Shown piece after piece: positions 40,962 to 51,850 of a stretch of 64,000 nt of DNA. The DNA comes from an uncultured Bacilli bacterium. GTDB taxonomy: Bacteria; Bacillota_I; Bacilli_A; RF39; UBA660. Numbering within the stretch: the first letter of the stretch is position 1; the number at the start of each line of letters is the position of its first letter. The position numbers were made by a program, and so were the translations under genes. The notes under the pieces were generated by a model. The model was given only the letters and a program-made list of their open reading frames with translations. It did not search any database and was not told the origin of the DNA. The stretch spans positions 86,282 through 150,281 of the forward strand of contig CALWAL010000002.1 in the NCBI GenBank assembly GCA_944373145.1. The letters run 5' to 3'.

Positions 40962-42062
40962 ATGAGTTTAACTGCAGGAATAGTTGGATTACCTAATGTT
41001 GGTAAGTCTACATTGTTTAATGCTATAACTAAAAAAAATATATTGGCAGCTAATTATCCGTTTGCTACAATAGACCCAAATGTTGGGATTGTAACTGTAC
41101 CAGATAAGAGACTGGAATTTTTAAATGATTTATATAAGCCTTCTAGTTTAGTTCCAACTAGTTTTGAATTTACTGATATAGCTGGTTTAGTTAAAGGTGC
41201 TTCTAATGGTGAAGGGTTAGGGAATAAGTTTTTATCACATATTCGTGAAGTTGATGCAATTGTAGAAGTTGTAAGATGTTTTGAAGATAGTAATATTATA
41301 CATGTAGAAGATAAAGTTGATCCTATTCGTGATATTGAAATTATTAATGTGGAATTAATTTTGGCTGATTTAGAGATAATAGAAAATAGATTTAATAAAA
41401 TTGGTAAAAAGGCAGCTTTATCTAAAGACAAAGAAGTAAAAAAGGAAGCAGAGTTACTAGATAAATTAAAGAAATCTTTGGAATCTAATATGACGATTCG
41501 TCAATTGGATTTAGATGAAGAAGAACAAAAAATAATTAAAGCATTTAATCTACTTACGGCGAAACCTATTATTTATATGGCAAATGTATCAGAAGATGAT
41601 ATTTTAACTGGCACTAATGCGATGGTTGAAAAAGTAAAAGAATATGCATCAAAAGATGGTTCTGAGGTTGTTGTTGTGTGTGCCAAAATAGAATCAGAAT
41701 TAAGTGATTTAAACGACGAAGAAAAATTGGTATTCTTAAGAGAGTTAGGTATTAATGAAAGTGGCTTAGATAAGTTAATTAAAGCTACTTACTCTTTGCT
41801 AGGGCTTGAAACTTTTTTTACTGCAGGTGTTGATGAAGTTCGAGCTTGGACTTTTAAAAAAGGCATGAAGGCTCCTCAATGTGCTGGAATTATTCATACT
41901 GATTTTGAAAGAGGTTTTATTAAAGCTGAAATTATGAGTTATGAAGATTTAGTAGCTTGCGGCAGTGAAAAAGCTGTTAAAGAAGCAGGAAAAATGCGCC
42001 TAGAAGGAAAAGACTATTTTATGAAAGATGGCGATATTTGCTATTTCCGTTTTAATGTATAA
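40962..42062 (+). CDS. ychF: Ribosome-binding ATPase YchF (Obg-like GTPase family)
   Basis: GIVGLPNVGKSTLFNA, DIAGLVKGAS, C-terminal TGS domain; 366 aa. Confidence 0.95.
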   Translation: MSLTAGIVGLPNVGKSTLFNAITKKNILAANYPFATIDPNVGIVTVPDKRLEFLNDLYKPSSLVPTSFEFTDIAGLVKGASNGEGLGNKFLSHIREVDAIVEVVRCFEDSNIIHVEDKVDPIRDIEIINVELILADLEIIENRFNKIGKKAALSKDKEVKKEAELLDKLKKSLESNMTIRQLDLDEEEQKIIKAFNLLTAKPIIYMANVSEDDILTGTNAMVEKVKEYASKDGSEVVVVCAKIESELSDLNDEEKLVFLRELGINESGLDKLIKATYSLLGLETFFTAGVDEVRAWTFKKGMKAPQCAGIIHTDFERGFIKAEIMSYEDLVACGSEKAVKEAGKMRLEGKDYFMKDGDICYFRFNV

Positions 42063-42095
42063 AAAAAATTCACAATTGATGTGAATTTTTATTTT
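42061..42095. terminator. Bidirectional intrinsic terminator
   Basis: Stem attcaca/tgtgaat with an A8 run upstream and a T-run downstream, between convergent ychF and the - gene. Confidence 0.6.
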
Positions 42096-42667
42096 CTTTT
42101 TTGTTTTGACTTCACAACACCAGTTTCAAAATCAAGATTTTCTTGTACTCTTTTTCCATTGACTACACTTTCTAAAACTAGTCTTGTCGGGGAAGTAAAA
42201 CAAATTGAACTTTCGGTTGTTAGCATTTTGCTCCCATAAAGCAAATCAATTATTTTTTGCAATTCCGCTTCATTTTCTTGTGCGACGTGAATTTCGTTTA
42301 CTCGTTGAGTTCCAAATTGTATAATATCAACCATAAAGCTAGCTTCACTGATATTAACACTAATTGATGTCCCATTTTCTAAAGTAATTAAACTATTCTG
42401 CCATACCAATTTCGGTGCATAAATGTTTTTCCGTTGTAAACTGATTTTGCCATCAGTAATAAATTTTTCTCTAACAAAAAAACCATTATACTCTCCAACG
42501 CCGATATCGGTTATTTGATTGACATCATGCTCAAAAAAAGAACAATTTTTAAATCTTTCATAAATATTACATTTATATGCATATAATGGATCACTAGTTG
42601 CAACAATATTTTTAATCATAAAATCACCTGTAGGAATAATAATATCAAAAAAATTGGTAGTAATCAA
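42089..42667 (-). CDS. Hypothetical protein (start uncertain; an alternative ATG gives 176 aa)
   Basis: Only long ORF in this interval; no recognised motifs. Confidence 0.45.
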   Translation of the reverse strand: MITTNFFDIIIPTGDFMIKNIVATSDPLYAYKCNIYERFKNCSFFEHDVNQITDIGVGEYNGFFVREKFITDGKISLQRKNIYAPKLVWQNSLITLENGTSISVNISEASFMVDIIQFGTQRVNEIHVAQENEAELQKIIDLLYGSKMLTTESSICFTSPTRLVLESVVNGKRVQENLDFETGVVKSKQKRK

Positions 42668-42784
42668 TAATAAATAAAATAAATTTATTGTTTACAAATT
42701 ATTATTTATTTGTTATAATTTATGACGAGTATTAATTTACTCCTTGCCTGAAGAAGGCTTATAACCATAAGGAGGTGTAAAAAG

Positions 42785-43087
42785 ATGAGAAATTATGAGA
42801 TTATGTTTATTGTTAAGCCAACACTTGCTGAAGCTGAAATCACTAAAGTTGCTGAAGATTTAAAGAAAACTTTAGAAGCTTATGGAGCAAGAGTTACAAG
42901 TGTTGATGCTTGGGGACAAAGAACTTTGGCTTATGAAATTAAGAAACGTTCAGAAGTATTTAAAAGTGGATATTATTATGTATACCAAATTGAAGCTAAT
43001 GATGATTTAGGTATTAAAGAGTTTGATCGTTTAGCTGGTATTAGTGCAGATATTATCAGACATTTAATCATTAGAAAAGAAGATTAA
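42785..43087 (+). CDS. rpsF: 30S ribosomal protein S6
   Basis: MRNYEIMFIV… S6 N-terminus; rpsF-ssb-rpsR operon. Confidence 0.93.
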   Translation: MRNYEIMFIVKPTLAEAEITKVAEDLKKTLEAYGARVTSVDAWGQRTLAYEIKKRSEVFKSGYYYVYQIEANDDLGIKEFDRLAGISADIIRHLIIRKED

Positions 43088-43101
43088 GAGAGAGGTATTA
43101 C

Positions 43102-43557
43102 ATGAATAAAGTGTTATTAGTTGGTAGATTAACAGCAAAACCTGAATTAAGATATACTAACGGGAATACTGCGTTTATTAGATTTACTGTCGCTGTTAAT
43201 AGAAATTTTACTAATAGTGAAGGTAAAAGAGAAGCAGATTTTATCAATGTAGTAGCTTGGAGAAAACAGGCTGAAACTATAGCTAAATTTTTTGATAAAG
43301 GAAATTTGATTGCTGTAGAAGGAAGATTACAAACAGGAAGTTATGATGATAGAGATGGCAATAAAAGATATACGACTGATGTTGCTTTAGATAATTTTGA
43401 ATTTGTTGAAGGAAAGAATAGTCGTAGTCAAGGGGATCCTTTTGAAAGTAACCAACCTAGTCCATATGATTATCAAAGTAATAGCATAAGCGTTGAAAAC
43501 GATCCATTTGCCGAATATGGTGATTCTGTTTCAATAGATGATAACTTCCTAGATTAA
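43102..43557 (+). CDS. ssb: Single-stranded DNA-binding protein
   Basis: MNKVLLVGRLT…PELRYT OB-fold N-terminus; acidic C-terminal tail ending DDNFLD-like (…IDDNFLD). Confidence 0.93.
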   Translation: MNKVLLVGRLTAKPELRYTNGNTAFIRFTVAVNRNFTNSEGKREADFINVVAWRKQAETIAKFFDKGNLIAVEGRLQTGSYDDRDGNKRYTTDVALDNFEFVEGKNSRSQGDPFESNQPSPYDYQSNSISVENDPFAEYGDSVSIDDNFLD

Positions 43558-43571
43558 AGGAGGAAATAATA

Positions 43572-43790
43572 ATGGCAGAGTTTTATAGAAAAAAGAAAAA
43601 AGTTTGTCAAATGTGCACAGGTAAAGATGTGGATTATAAAAATATTGATGTTATTAAAAAATACATTAGTGCTGATAAAGGTAAAATATTACCAAGAAGA
43701 ATTACTGGAAACTGCGCTAAACACCAAAGACATGTAGCTACACAAGTTAAATATGCACGTTTTATGGCACTTATTCCATTTACAAAGTAA
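43572..43790 (+). CDS. rpsR: 30S ribosomal protein S18
   Basis: …KKVCQMCTGKDVDYKN…ITGNCAKHQR… S18 signature. Confidence 0.93.
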   Translation: MAEFYRKKKKVCQMCTGKDVDYKNIDVIKKYISADKGKILPRRITGNCAKHQRHVATQVKYARFMALIPFTK

Positions 43791-43794
43791 AAAA

Positions 43795-43819
43795 ATAGAG
43801 ATTAAATCTCTATTTTTTT
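43795..43819. terminator. Bidirectional terminator after rpsR / convergent - gene
   Basis: Stem tagagat/atctcta with loop taa, A6 upstream and T7 downstream. Confidence 0.6.
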
Positions 43820-44379
43820 GTGGCAACAACTTTAATCAGTGGTGCATGACAATATTCACATTCATCTAAATTATCAGTTAAAGCAGCACCACAATTAGGA
43901 CATTTAAGTGATTTATATTCTGGATTCATTTCTTTAGCCATATCAACCGCCATATTACCAATAATTTTTGCCATGTTTTCTAAATTACTAGTGTTAGAAT
44001 TTTGAGTGCTATTTTGTATAATTTTATGAGAACTTATAGTTTTAAAAATTAAAACAACAGCACTGCCAAATATAATTATAAATAATATACCGCTTATAGT
44101 AAAAATTATAGACGGAGCGCTTGTGGATAGCTCGGTATGTTGAATTTTTTCATTAATGTCTGTTAATTCTTGATCAATACGATAATATTCTTCGCTAAAA
44201 CCTTCTTGATAAAAAACTTCATTTTTTTCTGCTTGCAGTTTTATTTTTTGTTCTTTTAGTTCATTAAGTTCTTGTTCTGAATTATCTTTATTATTTGAAA
44301 AATTTTTAATTGCAATAAAAAGAATAGTTCCAATAATTAATATAATAATAAAGAGAAATAATAGTTTTTTCTTTTTCAT
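43810..44379 (-). CDS. Membrane protein with coiled-coil and C-terminal zinc-ribbon (CPNCGA…CEYCHAPL)
   Basis: Two TM helices, Glu/Lys-rich coiled region, CxxC…CxxC at the C-terminus. Confidence 0.5.
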   Translation of the reverse strand: MKKKKLLFLFIIILIIGTILFIAIKNFSNNKDNSEQELNELKEQKIKLQAEKNEVFYQEGFSEEYYRIDQELTDINEKIQHTELSTSAPSIIFTISGILFIIIFGSAVVLIFKTISSHKIIQNSTQNSNTSNLENMAKIIGNMAVDMAKEMNPEYKSLKCPNCGAALTDNLDECEYCHAPLIKVVATKK

Positions 44380-44476
44380 TAAATCACTCCTACATATAAA
44401 ATATTATAATGAAAAATTAATAAAGTCAATTTACTATTTACTTGTGAGCATGCTATAATGGTAATAGTAGGAGGGT

Positions 44477-44740
44477 ATGGTAATGGAAATTAATAATTTA
44501 AAAGTACAACTTTATTATAGTAAAAGGATTGTGTTGAAAAATTTTATTTTATTTATTTTATTAACAGCTATTTTGTTATGGTCTAAAAATTTTACTTATA
44601 TACTTGTAGTTGTTCCATTTTTTATTGGGACGATTGTTTCCTTACTACATGAAGTTCGTATTATGGAAAACTATAATTTGAAATTAAATGAACTAAAATT
44701 AATAGAATTACAACCTGAAGAAACTAAAAAGGCATCATAA
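44477..44740 (+). CDS. Small hypothetical membrane protein (87 aa, 2 TM)
   Basis: RBS taggaggg 5 nt upstream; two hydrophobic helices. Confidence 0.45.
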   Translation: MVMEINNLKVQLYYSKRIVLKNFILFILLTAILLWSKNFTYILVVVPFFIGTIVSLLHEVRIMENYNLKLNELKLIELQPEETKKAS

Positions 44741-44752
44741 TATGCCTTTTTA
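44725..44752. terminator. Bidirectional intrinsic terminator
   Basis: Stem aaggcat/atgcctt with loop cataat, A-run upstream and T-run downstream. Confidence 0.6.
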
Positions 44753-45724
44753 TACTTTTTCAACTAAGAATGTCAATAAATCTTCGGGTTTTGCTTCGCC
44801 ATAAATAATGTCATAAATTAAATTAATAATAGGCATTTCTACTTGTTTGTTATCCAGTAATTGATAAATTGATTTTAAAGTATATAACCCTTCGATAGTT
44901 GTTGTTTCAATATATTGATTAATTTCATTTTTTGAAGCTTTTTTTCCTATTAATTGTCCAAATGAGAAATTGCGGCTTTTTACACTTGTACAAGTTAATA
45001 ATAAATCACCAAAACCGGCAAAAGATAAAATTGTATTTTTTTTGCCACCTAAAGCATCGATTAATTCTTTAATATCGTTTAATGACTCAGTAATCATCAT
45101 TGCTTGAGTTGAAATTGGTAAATTCATGCCGTCTAACATTCCATTTGCGATAGCAATGACATTTTTGATTGACCCACAAATCTCGATTCCCAAAATATCA
45201 TTAGTAGGTCGTAATTTAACATGACTATTTTCTAAGGCTTTCTTAATAACAAAAATAGTTTCTTCGTTTTGAGAACCTAAGGAAAGTCCTACTGGAACTT
45301 TATTTGCAACATCAATTGCAAATGTCGGCCCTGAAATAACGCCCAATTTATCAGTATCAATGCTTTTCTTAACTACATCATGAACAAATAAGCAAGTATC
45401 TCGTTCGATTCCTTTAGAAGCAATACAGATGTGTTGATTAGGTTTTAGATATTTTTTTAAAGTTTTTGATACATCATCAACGAAGGCAGCCGGAACAGCA
45501 ATTAAAATTAAATCAGCATCTTTAACTGTTTTTTTAAAATTAGTTGATATTTTTATTTCCTCATCAATAATTATATTTTTCAGATTAGGACTTGTACGTG
45601 TCTGTGATAAATAATTAGCTTCTTCTTCAAATTTGGTCCACATTTCTACTTTATGACCGTTTTCATTAAGAATGAGAGCTAGAGAAACTCCATATGCTCC
45701 AGTTCCTAATACACCTATTTTCAT
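44750..45724 (-). CDS. gpsA: NAD(P)H-dependent glycerol-3-phosphate dehydrogenase
   Basis: MKIGVLGTGAYG Rossmann N-terminus; GpsA-like length; start at the RBS-supported internal ATG. Confidence 0.9.
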   Translation of the reverse strand: MKIGVLGTGAYGVSLALILNENGHKVEMWTKFEEEANYLSQTRTSPNLKNIIIDEEIKISTNFKKTVKDADLILIAVPAAFVDDVSKTLKKYLKPNQHICIASKGIERDTCLFVHDVVKKSIDTDKLGVISGPTFAIDVANKVPVGLSLGSQNEETIFVIKKALENSHVKLRPTNDILGIEICGSIKNVIAIANGMLDGMNLPISTQAMMITESLNDIKELIDALGGKKNTILSFAGFGDLLLTCTSVKSRNFSFGQLIGKKASKNEINQYIETTTIEGLYTLKSIYQLLDNKQVEMPIINLIYDIIYGEAKPEDLLTFLVEKV

Positions 45725-46013
45725 AACATCACCGACCTTATTATAACACAAGCTTTCCAAATTTAAAAACGTTTTATTAATTCTTCATTTTAAAATGTTT
45801 ATATTAGTGGTGTTGTTAACGATATGTGGTTTTCTCTTATTATTGTTTATAAATTGTTGGTGTGAGGCATTTGTCCACCTAATTGCCCATCCAACATAAA
45901 TCAATTACCAATAGAATTTTACTAAACTAAATTTAAATTGTCAGCTAATAAAATACTGATGGCAATAACACTTATTGTAAAGTTTGGCGGAAAGATATAT
46001 TATTTAAAATATT

Positions 46014-46595
46014 TTGAATATAGGTATTAAATATGAACAAAATGTGTTAGTATATAACGAGGGAAGCGGTGGTAGTGTGGATGATACTTTAAAACGTATG
46101 ATAAAAATATATGGTATTAGAGAATATGATTGGATGAATTTTAAAATTACGCGTGATAATCCCTTAACTTATCACCATATAAAAAAGGAGGAACACGGAG
46201 GCAAAAGGACTATTGCTAATGGCGCTCCGTTGACTAAATTAGCGCACGTTTATATTCATCAAATAGAGCGTGATGATCAAAGGAATTTTGTTTATTTAAG
46301 TAAACTACTTCAAAAAATTAATAATGGAAAAAATCCTCCTACAAAAAAACAATTACAAGCCATTAATGCAGTTTTAAAAAATTATGAGAGTAAAAATGAT
46401 AATGTTTTAAGAAGAAGAATTTTATCTTTAAATTTGAATTATTATGCTTTATCAATCACAGGAGTAAAGGATATATATAGTCCTACTAATGTGAGAATGG
46501 TTATGCAGGCAGGAATTAATCCTAGGAGTTGGTTAGAAAATAGCTCAACGAATGATAAAAAAGTTAAAAAAAAGAAAAAACGAAAGAAAAAGTAA
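46014..46595 (+). CDS. Standalone HNH endonuclease-domain protein with a poly-Lys C-terminal tail (start codon uncertain)
   Basis: HNH core …LTYHHIKKEEHGG…NGAPL…HVYIHQ; C-terminus KKVKKKKKRKKK; own terminator downstream (46598-46626). Confidence 0.65.
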   Translation: MNIGIKYEQNVLVYNEGSGGSVDDTLKRMIKIYGIREYDWMNFKITRDNPLTYHHIKKEEHGGKRTIANGAPLTKLAHVYIHQIERDDQRNFVYLSKLLQKINNGKNPPTKKQLQAINAVLKNYESKNDNVLRRRILSLNLNYYALSITGVKDIYSPTNVRMVMQAGINPRSWLENSSTNDKKVKKKKKRKKK

Positions 46596-46764
46596 AAAAG
46601 TGTTGATTTTTCGGCACTTTTTTAGTATACTTTTGTATGTGTGGCATGCAAAGATGTGTGAGGTTGCCGATACACCAGGTTAAGTTGTAAGACAAATAAG
46701 CTTAAGAATCGGGTTTTTACACGGAGCAAGTCTATACAAGATATAGGCGAAGGGAGGACATAAA
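46596..46764 (+). promoter_or_regulatory. S10 operon leader region (terminator of the upstream gene plus the 5' UTR of rpsJ)
   Basis: ~170-nt untranslated region between the HNH gene and rpsJ containing a hairpin with T-run at 46598-46626 and the RBS gaagggagg. Confidence 0.5.
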
Positions 46765-47073
46765 ATGTCAAAAGTTAAGATTCGTATCAAATTAAAAGCT
46801 TTCGAACATAAAAATTTAGACAAAGCTTGTGCGAAAATCGTTGAAACTGTAAAGAGAAACGGTGGAGAAGTTAGTGGGCCAATTCCACTTCCAACAGAAG
46901 TTGAAAAAATCACTATCTTAAGAGCTGTTCACAAAGACAAAGATTCACGTGAGCAATTTGAAAAAAGAACACACAAAAGACTTATTGATATTATTAATCC
47001 GACAAAGGAAACTATTGAGGCATTAACTCATTTAGAGGTACCAAGCGGCGTTAATATCAAAATTATTAAATAA
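46765..47073 (+). CDS. rpsJ: 30S ribosomal protein S10
   Basis: [19 protein letters not shown]… S10 signature. Confidence 0.95.
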   Translation: MSKVKIRIKLKAFEHKNLDKACAKIVETVKRNGGEVSGPIPLPTEVEKITILRAVHKDKDSREQFEKRTHKRLIDIINPTKETIEALTHLEVPSGVNIKIIK

Positions 47074-47087
47074 TAGGAGGAAAGTAT

Positions 47088-47825
47088 ATGAAAGGAATCT
47101 TAGGTCGTAAAATTGGAATGACTCAAGTATTTACTGAATCTGGAAAATTGATTCCTGTAACTGTTGTTGAAGTTGAACCAAATGTAGTAACACAAATTAA
47201 AACTAAAGAAAACGATGGTTACGAAGCTATTCAATTGGGATTCGATACAAAGAGAGAAAAGTTAGCGACTAAAGCTTCAGCTGGACATACAGCTAAGGCT
47301 AATACTACACCTAAGCGCTTCTTTAGAGAAATAAAAGGTGTAGATATCAATGAATATACTTTGGGGCAAGAAGTTAAAGTTGATGTTTTTGCACCAGGTG
47401 AAGTAGTTGATGTAACTGGAACTACTAAAGGAAAAGGGTTCCAAGGTGTTATTAAGAGACATGGACAATCAAGAGGGCCTATGGGACATGGTTCACACTA
47501 TCATAGAAGACCAGGTTCAATGGGTACTATGAGACCAATGCGCGTTTTTAAGGGTAAAAAATTACCAGGACATATGGGTACACTTACAGTTACAATTCAA
47601 AATCTTGAGATTGTTGCTGTAGATTTAGAAAACAATGTAATATTGATAAAAGGTAATGTTCCTGGACCTAAAAAAGGTTTAGTTGTTATTAAGAGTGCTG
47701 TAAAAAACTTGGGAAAAGTTAATGAAACAGAAGGCTTAGTAAACTATGCACCAAAAACTGCAGAGGTTGTTGTTGAACCTACAACTGAAGAAGTTGTAGA
47801 AGAGTCTACTACAGAAGAAAAATAG
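47088..47825 (+). CDS. rplC: 50S ribosomal protein L3 (with a T/E-rich C-terminal extension)
   Basis: [16 protein letters not shown]3 N-terminus; ~35-aa acidic C-terminal extension. Confidence 0.95.
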   Translation: MKGILGRKIGMTQVFTESGKLIPVTVVEVEPNVVTQIKTKENDGYEAIQLGFDTKREKLATKASAGHTAKANTTPKRFFREIKGVDINEYTLGQEVKVDVFAPGEVVDVTGTTKGKGFQGVIKRHGQSRGPMGHGSHYHRRPGSMGTMRPMRVFKGKKLPGHMGTLTVTIQNLEIVAVDLENNVILIKGNVPGPKKGLVVIKSAVKNLGKVNETEGLVNYAPKTAEVVVEPTTEEVVEESTTEEK

Positions 47826-47843
47826 TAGGGAGGATACAAACTT

Positions 47844-48470
47844 ATGAAGAAAATGGATGTATTAAACATACAAGGTAAAAAGGTTAAGGATATTACATTA
47901 AATGAATCAGTATTTGGTGTTGAACCAAATGATGTTGTTATCTATGATGCAATTCGTTTAGCAACTGCAAATGCTAGACAAGGTACACATAGTGTTAAAA
48001 ATCGTGCTGAGGTTTCTGGCGGTGGAAAAAAACCATGGAGACAAAAAGGAACTGGACGTGCTCGTCAAGGATCAACACGTGCTCCACATTGGATTCACGG
48101 TGGTGTAGCGTTTGGTCCACAAACAGATAAAAATTATACATTGAAAATGAACCGTAAAGAAAGAAGATTAGCTTTAAAATCAGCTTTATCTTATAAAGTA
48201 TTAGATAATGAGTTAATCATTTTAGATGAATTGAAATTAAAAAGTGCTAAAACAAAAGAAATGAAGGAAATTTTAGCAAATTTAAATATCGACAGAAATA
48301 TTTTAGTTGTTGTTGATGAATTAGATGATAATTTAATTTTAGCAGCTAGAAATTTAGAAAATGTTTTATTATTACAAGCTGATGAAATCAATACAATGGA
48401 TATCATTTCAGCTAACGTATTAGTAGCAACAGAAGCTGCAATTAAATCAGTAGAGGAGGCTTTAGCATAA
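47844..48470 (+). CDS. rplD: 50S ribosomal protein L4
   Basis: Position in the S10 operon; L4 conserved blocks (…[20 protein letters not shown]…). Confidence 0.95.
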   Translation: MKKMDVLNIQGKKVKDITLNESVFGVEPNDVVIYDAIRLATANARQGTHSVKNRAEVSGGGKKPWRQKGTGRARQGSTRAPHWIHGGVAFGPQTDKNYTLKMNRKERRLALKSALSYKVLDNELIILDELKLKSAKTKEMKEILANLNIDRNILVVVDELDDNLILAARNLENVLLLQADEINTMDIISANVLVATEAAIKSVEEALA

Positions 48471-48751
48471 TGAATAATTATAGAGATATTATTAAAGAGC
48501 CAATCATTACTGAAAAAACTGCTAATTTAGCACAAGGAAAAAACACTATCGTGTTTAGCGTTGATCCAAAAGCTAATAAAACACAAATTAAACAGGCAGT
48601 TGAAAAAGTATTCGATGTTAAAGTTGAAAGCGTTAATACCATTAATGCTACAACTAAGAAAAAAAGAGTTGGTCGCTACACTGGTAGAACTAACAAGAGA
48701 AAAAAAGCTATTGTTAAATTAGCTGAAGGTAGTTCAATTGAACTAAACTAG
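48470..48751 (+). CDS. rplW: 50S ribosomal protein L23
   Basis: Operon position; …[10 protein letters not shown]…VFSVD… L23 signature. Confidence 0.93.
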   Translation: MNNYRDIIKEPIITEKTANLAQGKNTIVFSVDPKANKTQIKQAVEKVFDVKVESVNTINATTKKKRVGRYTGRTNKRKKAIVKLAEGSSIELN

Positions 48752-48771
48752 TCTAAAGGAGGATTATACGT

Positions 48772-49605
48772 ATGGCAATCAAAAGTTATAGGTCAACAAC
48801 TAATGGTAGACGTGGTATGACTACTTTAGATAATAGTGAATTAACTAAAGTACAACCAGAAAAATCATTGGTAGTTACAAAAAAGAAAAATGGCGGTCGT
48901 AATAATCAAGGTAGAATTACTGTTAGACACCAAGGTGGTGGTGAAAAGAGAAAATACCGTGTTATCGATTTTAAAAGAGATAAAGATGGTGTTCCAGGAA
49001 CAGTAGCATCTATCGAATACGATCCAAATAGAAGTTCAAATATTGCTCTTATTAATTATGTCGATGGAGAAAAAAGATATATTATTGCTCCAAAAGGATT
49101 AAAAGTAGGAGACAAAGTTGAAAGTGGTGAAAAGGCTGATATTAAAGTTGGTAATTGTTTACCTCTTGAAAATATCCCAGAAGGTACTTTTGTTCACAAT
49201 GTTGAGTTAAAAGCAGGTAAAGGTGGACAATTAGCTCGTTCTGCAGGTTCTTCAGTTCAAATTTTAGGACGTGAAGGAAAATATACATTACTTCGTTTAA
49301 CTAGCGGTGAAGTTCGTAAAGTATTAAGTACTTGTCGTGCAACAGTTGGTGAAGTTGGAAATGAAGATCATGAATTAGTAAATTTAGGAAAGGCTGGTCG
49401 TAAGAGACATTTAGGTATTAGACCTACTGTTCGTGGATCAGTTATGAACCCTAATGATCACCCACATGGTGGTGGAGAAGGTCGTGCACCAATTGGTCGT
49501 AAAGGACCTGTTACTCCTTGGGGTAAACCAGCACTTGGTTATAAAACTCGTAAAGGTAAAAAACAATCTGATGGCTTAATTGTTCGTCGTCGCAACACTA
49601 AATAA
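48772..49605 (+). CDS. rplB: 50S ribosomal protein L2
   Basis: …[16 protein letters not shown]…, …[14 protein letters not shown]… L2 signature. Confidence 0.95.
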   Translation: MAIKSYRSTTNGRRGMTTLDNSELTKVQPEKSLVVTKKKNGGRNNQGRITVRHQGGGEKRKYRVIDFKRDKDGVPGTVASIEYDPNRSSNIALINYVDGEKRYIIAPKGLKVGDKVESGEKADIKVGNCLPLENIPEGTFVHNVELKAGKGGQLARSAGSSVQILGREGKYTLLRLTSGEVRKVLSTCRATVGEVGNEDHELVNLGKAGRKRHLGIRPTVRGSVMNPNDHPHGGGEGRAPIGRKGPVTPWGKPALGYKTRKGKKQSDGLIVRRRNTK

Positions 49606-49624
49606 TAGGGAAAGGATGGTTTAG

Positions 49625-49897
49625 ATGGCAAGAAGTCTTAAAAAAGGACCTTTCGTAGACGAAAGTTTAATGAAAAAGGTTAGAAAAAATAATGAAGCTG
49701 AGAAAAAAGAAGTTATTAAAACTTGGTCACGCCGTTCAACAATTTTCCCAGAATTTATTGGGAACACATTCGCTGTACATAGCGGTAAAGAATTCGTTCC
49801 AGTTTATGTAACAGAAGATATGGTAGGACATAAATTAGGAGAATTTGTTCCAACACGTAAATTCGGTGGTCATGGCGAAGACAAGAATAAAAAGTAA
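49625..49897 (+). CDS. rpsS: 30S ribosomal protein S19
   Basis: [12 protein letters not shown]… S19 signature. Confidence 0.95.
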   Translation: MARSLKKGPFVDESLMKKVRKNNEAEKKEVIKTWSRRSTIFPEFIGNTFAVHSGKEFVPVYVTEDMVGHKLGEFVPTRKFGGHGEDKNKK

Positions 49898-49922
49898 TTG
49901 AAGTTAAGGAAGGAGGACTAAA

Positions 49923-50258
49923 ATGGAAGCAAAAGCGATAGCAAAAGGAGTTAGAATTCCAGCACGTAAAGCTCGTTTAGTAATAGATTTAATACGTGGC
50001 AAAAACGTATCAGAAGCAGATAAAATTTTAAATAATTTAAATAAAGAAGCTGCAAGATTAATTCGTAAAGTCTTAACTTCAGCTGTAGCAAATGCCGAAA
50101 ATAATTTAAGTTTAGACAAAAACAAATTATATGTTAAAGAGGCATATGTTAATGAAGGTCAAACCTTAAAAAGAATAAAATTTGGTTCTCGTGGACATGT
50201 AGATCCAATTAAGAAGAGAACAAGTCACATTACTGTTGTAGTAAGTGAAAGAAACTAA
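49923..50258 (+). CDS. rplV: 50S ribosomal protein L22
   Basis: [28 protein letters not shown]22 signature. Confidence 0.95.
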   Translation: MEAKAIAKGVRIPARKARLVIDLIRGKNVSEADKILNNLNKEAARLIRKVLTSAVANAENNLSLDKNKLYVKEAYVNEGQTLKRIKFGSRGHVDPIKKRTSHITVVVSERN

Positions 50259-50276
50259 AGTAAAGGAGGAACACTT

Positions 50277-50954
50277 GTGGGTCAAAAAGTTAGTCCAATA
50301 GGACTTAGAGTTGGTATCAATAAAGGCTGGGAATCTACTTGGTATGCTGAAAAAAAAGATTTTTCTAAATTTTTAGCTAACGACAACAAGATTCGTAAGT
50401 ATTTAGCTAAAAAGTTGAAGGATGCCTCAGTTTCAAGCGTTCTTATTGAAAGAAACGAGAAAAGAACCGAAGTAATTATTAACACTGCAAAACCTGGTGT
50501 GGTAATTGGTCACGGTGGCGATGAAATTGAAAAATTAAAAGCAGAATTATCAAAATTAGTTAATGAAAACGTTCAAATTTCTATTAAAGAAGTTAAGAAC
50601 CCAGATTTAGATGCTGCATTAGTTGCAGAAAATATTGCTCGCCAAATCGAAGGACGTGTGTCTTTCAGAATAGCACAAAAAAGAGCAGTTAGAAATACAA
50701 TGAAAGCTGGAGCGAAAGGAATTAAAACTGCCGTTTCTGGTCGTTTAGGTGGAGCGGATATGGCTCGTACTGAAGGATATATTGAAGGAATTATTCCACT
50801 ACATACTTTAAGAGCAGACATCGATTATGCTCATAAAGAAGCAGATACTGCTTATGGTAAAATTGGTGTTAAAGTATGGATTTGTAAAGGTGAAATACTT
50901 CCTGAAAAAAATAAGGGAGGTAATGTAGATGGCCGTAATACCAAAAAGAACTAA
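50277..50954 (+). CDS. rpsC: 30S ribosomal protein S3 (GTG start)
   Basis: [13 protein letters not shown]…KH domain; RBS aaggagg 7 nt upstream of the GTG. Confidence 0.95.
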   Translation: MGQKVSPIGLRVGINKGWESTWYAEKKDFSKFLANDNKIRKYLAKKLKDASVSSVLIERNEKRTEVIINTAKPGVVIGHGGDEIEKLKAELSKLVNENVQISIKEVKNPDLDAALVAENIARQIEGRVSFRIAQKRAVRNTMKAGAKGIKTAVSGRLGGADMARTEGYIEGIIPLHTLRADIDYAHKEADTAYGKIGVKVWICKGEILPEKNKGGNVDGRNTKKN

Positions 50955-51357
50955 ATATCGTAATCCTCATCGCCTACCTTATGATGGTAAAGCAAAAGGA
51001 AATACAGAATTACATTTAGGTGAATATGGATTAATGGCAATGGAAGGTGCTTGGATTACTGAACGTCAAATCGAAGCAGCCAGAGTTGCTATGACACGTT
51101 TTACAAAACGTGGTGGTAAAATATATAAAAATATATTTCCACACTTATCATTAACAAAGAAACCACTAGAAACTCGTCAAGGTAAAGGTAAAGGTTCTCA
51201 TGATGCATGGGTAGCAGTAGTTAAGAAAGGCAAAATTATGTTTGAAATGTCAGGAGTTGAAGAATCAGTTGCACGTGAAGCATTCCGTTTAGCTAGTCAT
51301 AAACTTCCTATCAAATGTAAATTTGTTAAGAAAGAAAGCGGTGTAAATAATGACTAA
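50929..51357 (+). CDS. rplP: 50S ribosomal protein L16
   Basis: …PKRTKYR…[12 protein letters not shown]… L16 signature. Confidence 0.95.
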   Translation: MAVIPKRTKYRNPHRLPYDGKAKGNTELHLGEYGLMAMEGAWITERQIEAARVAMTRFTKRGGKIYKNIFPHLSLTKKPLETRQGKGKGSHDAWVAVVKKGKIMFEMSGVEESVAREAFRLASHKLPIKCKFVKKESGVNND

Positions 51358-51547
51358 TAAAGAAATTAGAGAATTATCAAACGAAGAAATACTTTCAAAA
51401 ATTGAAGAATACAAAGAAGAATTATTTAACTTGCGTTTTTCACAAGCTACAGGATCTTTAGAAAAACCTTCAAGAATAAATGAATTAAGAAAGTTAGTTG
51501 CACGTATGAAAACAATTTTACGTGAAAGAGAACTATCTGGGAAGTAA
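51350..51547 (+). CDS. rpmC: 50S ribosomal protein L29
   Basis: …LRELSNEEL…ELFNLRFQ… L29 signature. Confidence 0.93.
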   Translation: MTNKEIRELSNEEILSKIEEYKEELFNLRFSQATGSLEKPSRINELRKLVARMKTILRERELSGK

Positions 51548-51560
51548 TTAGGAGGGTAAT

Positions 51561-51821
51561 ATGGAAGAAAAAAGAACTCGTGAATTAGTTGGTAAAGTTG
51601 TTAGCGATGCTAATGATAAAACTGTTACTGTACTAGTTGAAACTTATAAAAATGATAGCTTATATGGAAAAAGAGTTAAATATTCTAAAAAATACGCTGC
51701 ACATGACGAAAAAAATGAGGCTAAGAAAGGTGATATCGTTAGAATCACTGAAACTAGACCATTATCTAAAACAAAACATTTCCGTGTTGTGGAAATAGTA
51801 GAGAAAGCAGTTATTCTATAA
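51561..51821 (+). CDS. rpsQ: 30S ribosomal protein S17
   Basis: …[17 protein letters not shown]… S17 signature. Confidence 0.93.
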   Translation: MEEKRTRELVGKVVSDANDKTVTVLVETYKNDSLYGKRVKYSKKYAAHDEKNEAKKGDIVRITETRPLSKTKHFRVVEIVEKAVIL

Positions 51822-51850
51822 TTGCAAATTGACGAAGGAGGAATTAGTAT

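Noticed and set aside
42668-42784. Possible S6:S18 autoregulatory leader structure upstream of rpsF (ccttgcctgaagaaggc region)
   Set aside because: A promoter (tgttataat) is evident, but I could not reconstruct the conserved rpsF-leader fold by eye. It needs a covariance-model scan
51262-51277. parS-like sequence aGTTGCACGTGAAgCA inside rplP
   Set aside because: It has two mismatches to TGTTNCACGTGAAACA and lies in a highly conserved coding region. No better parS match was found by eye near soj-spo0J, so it could not be validated
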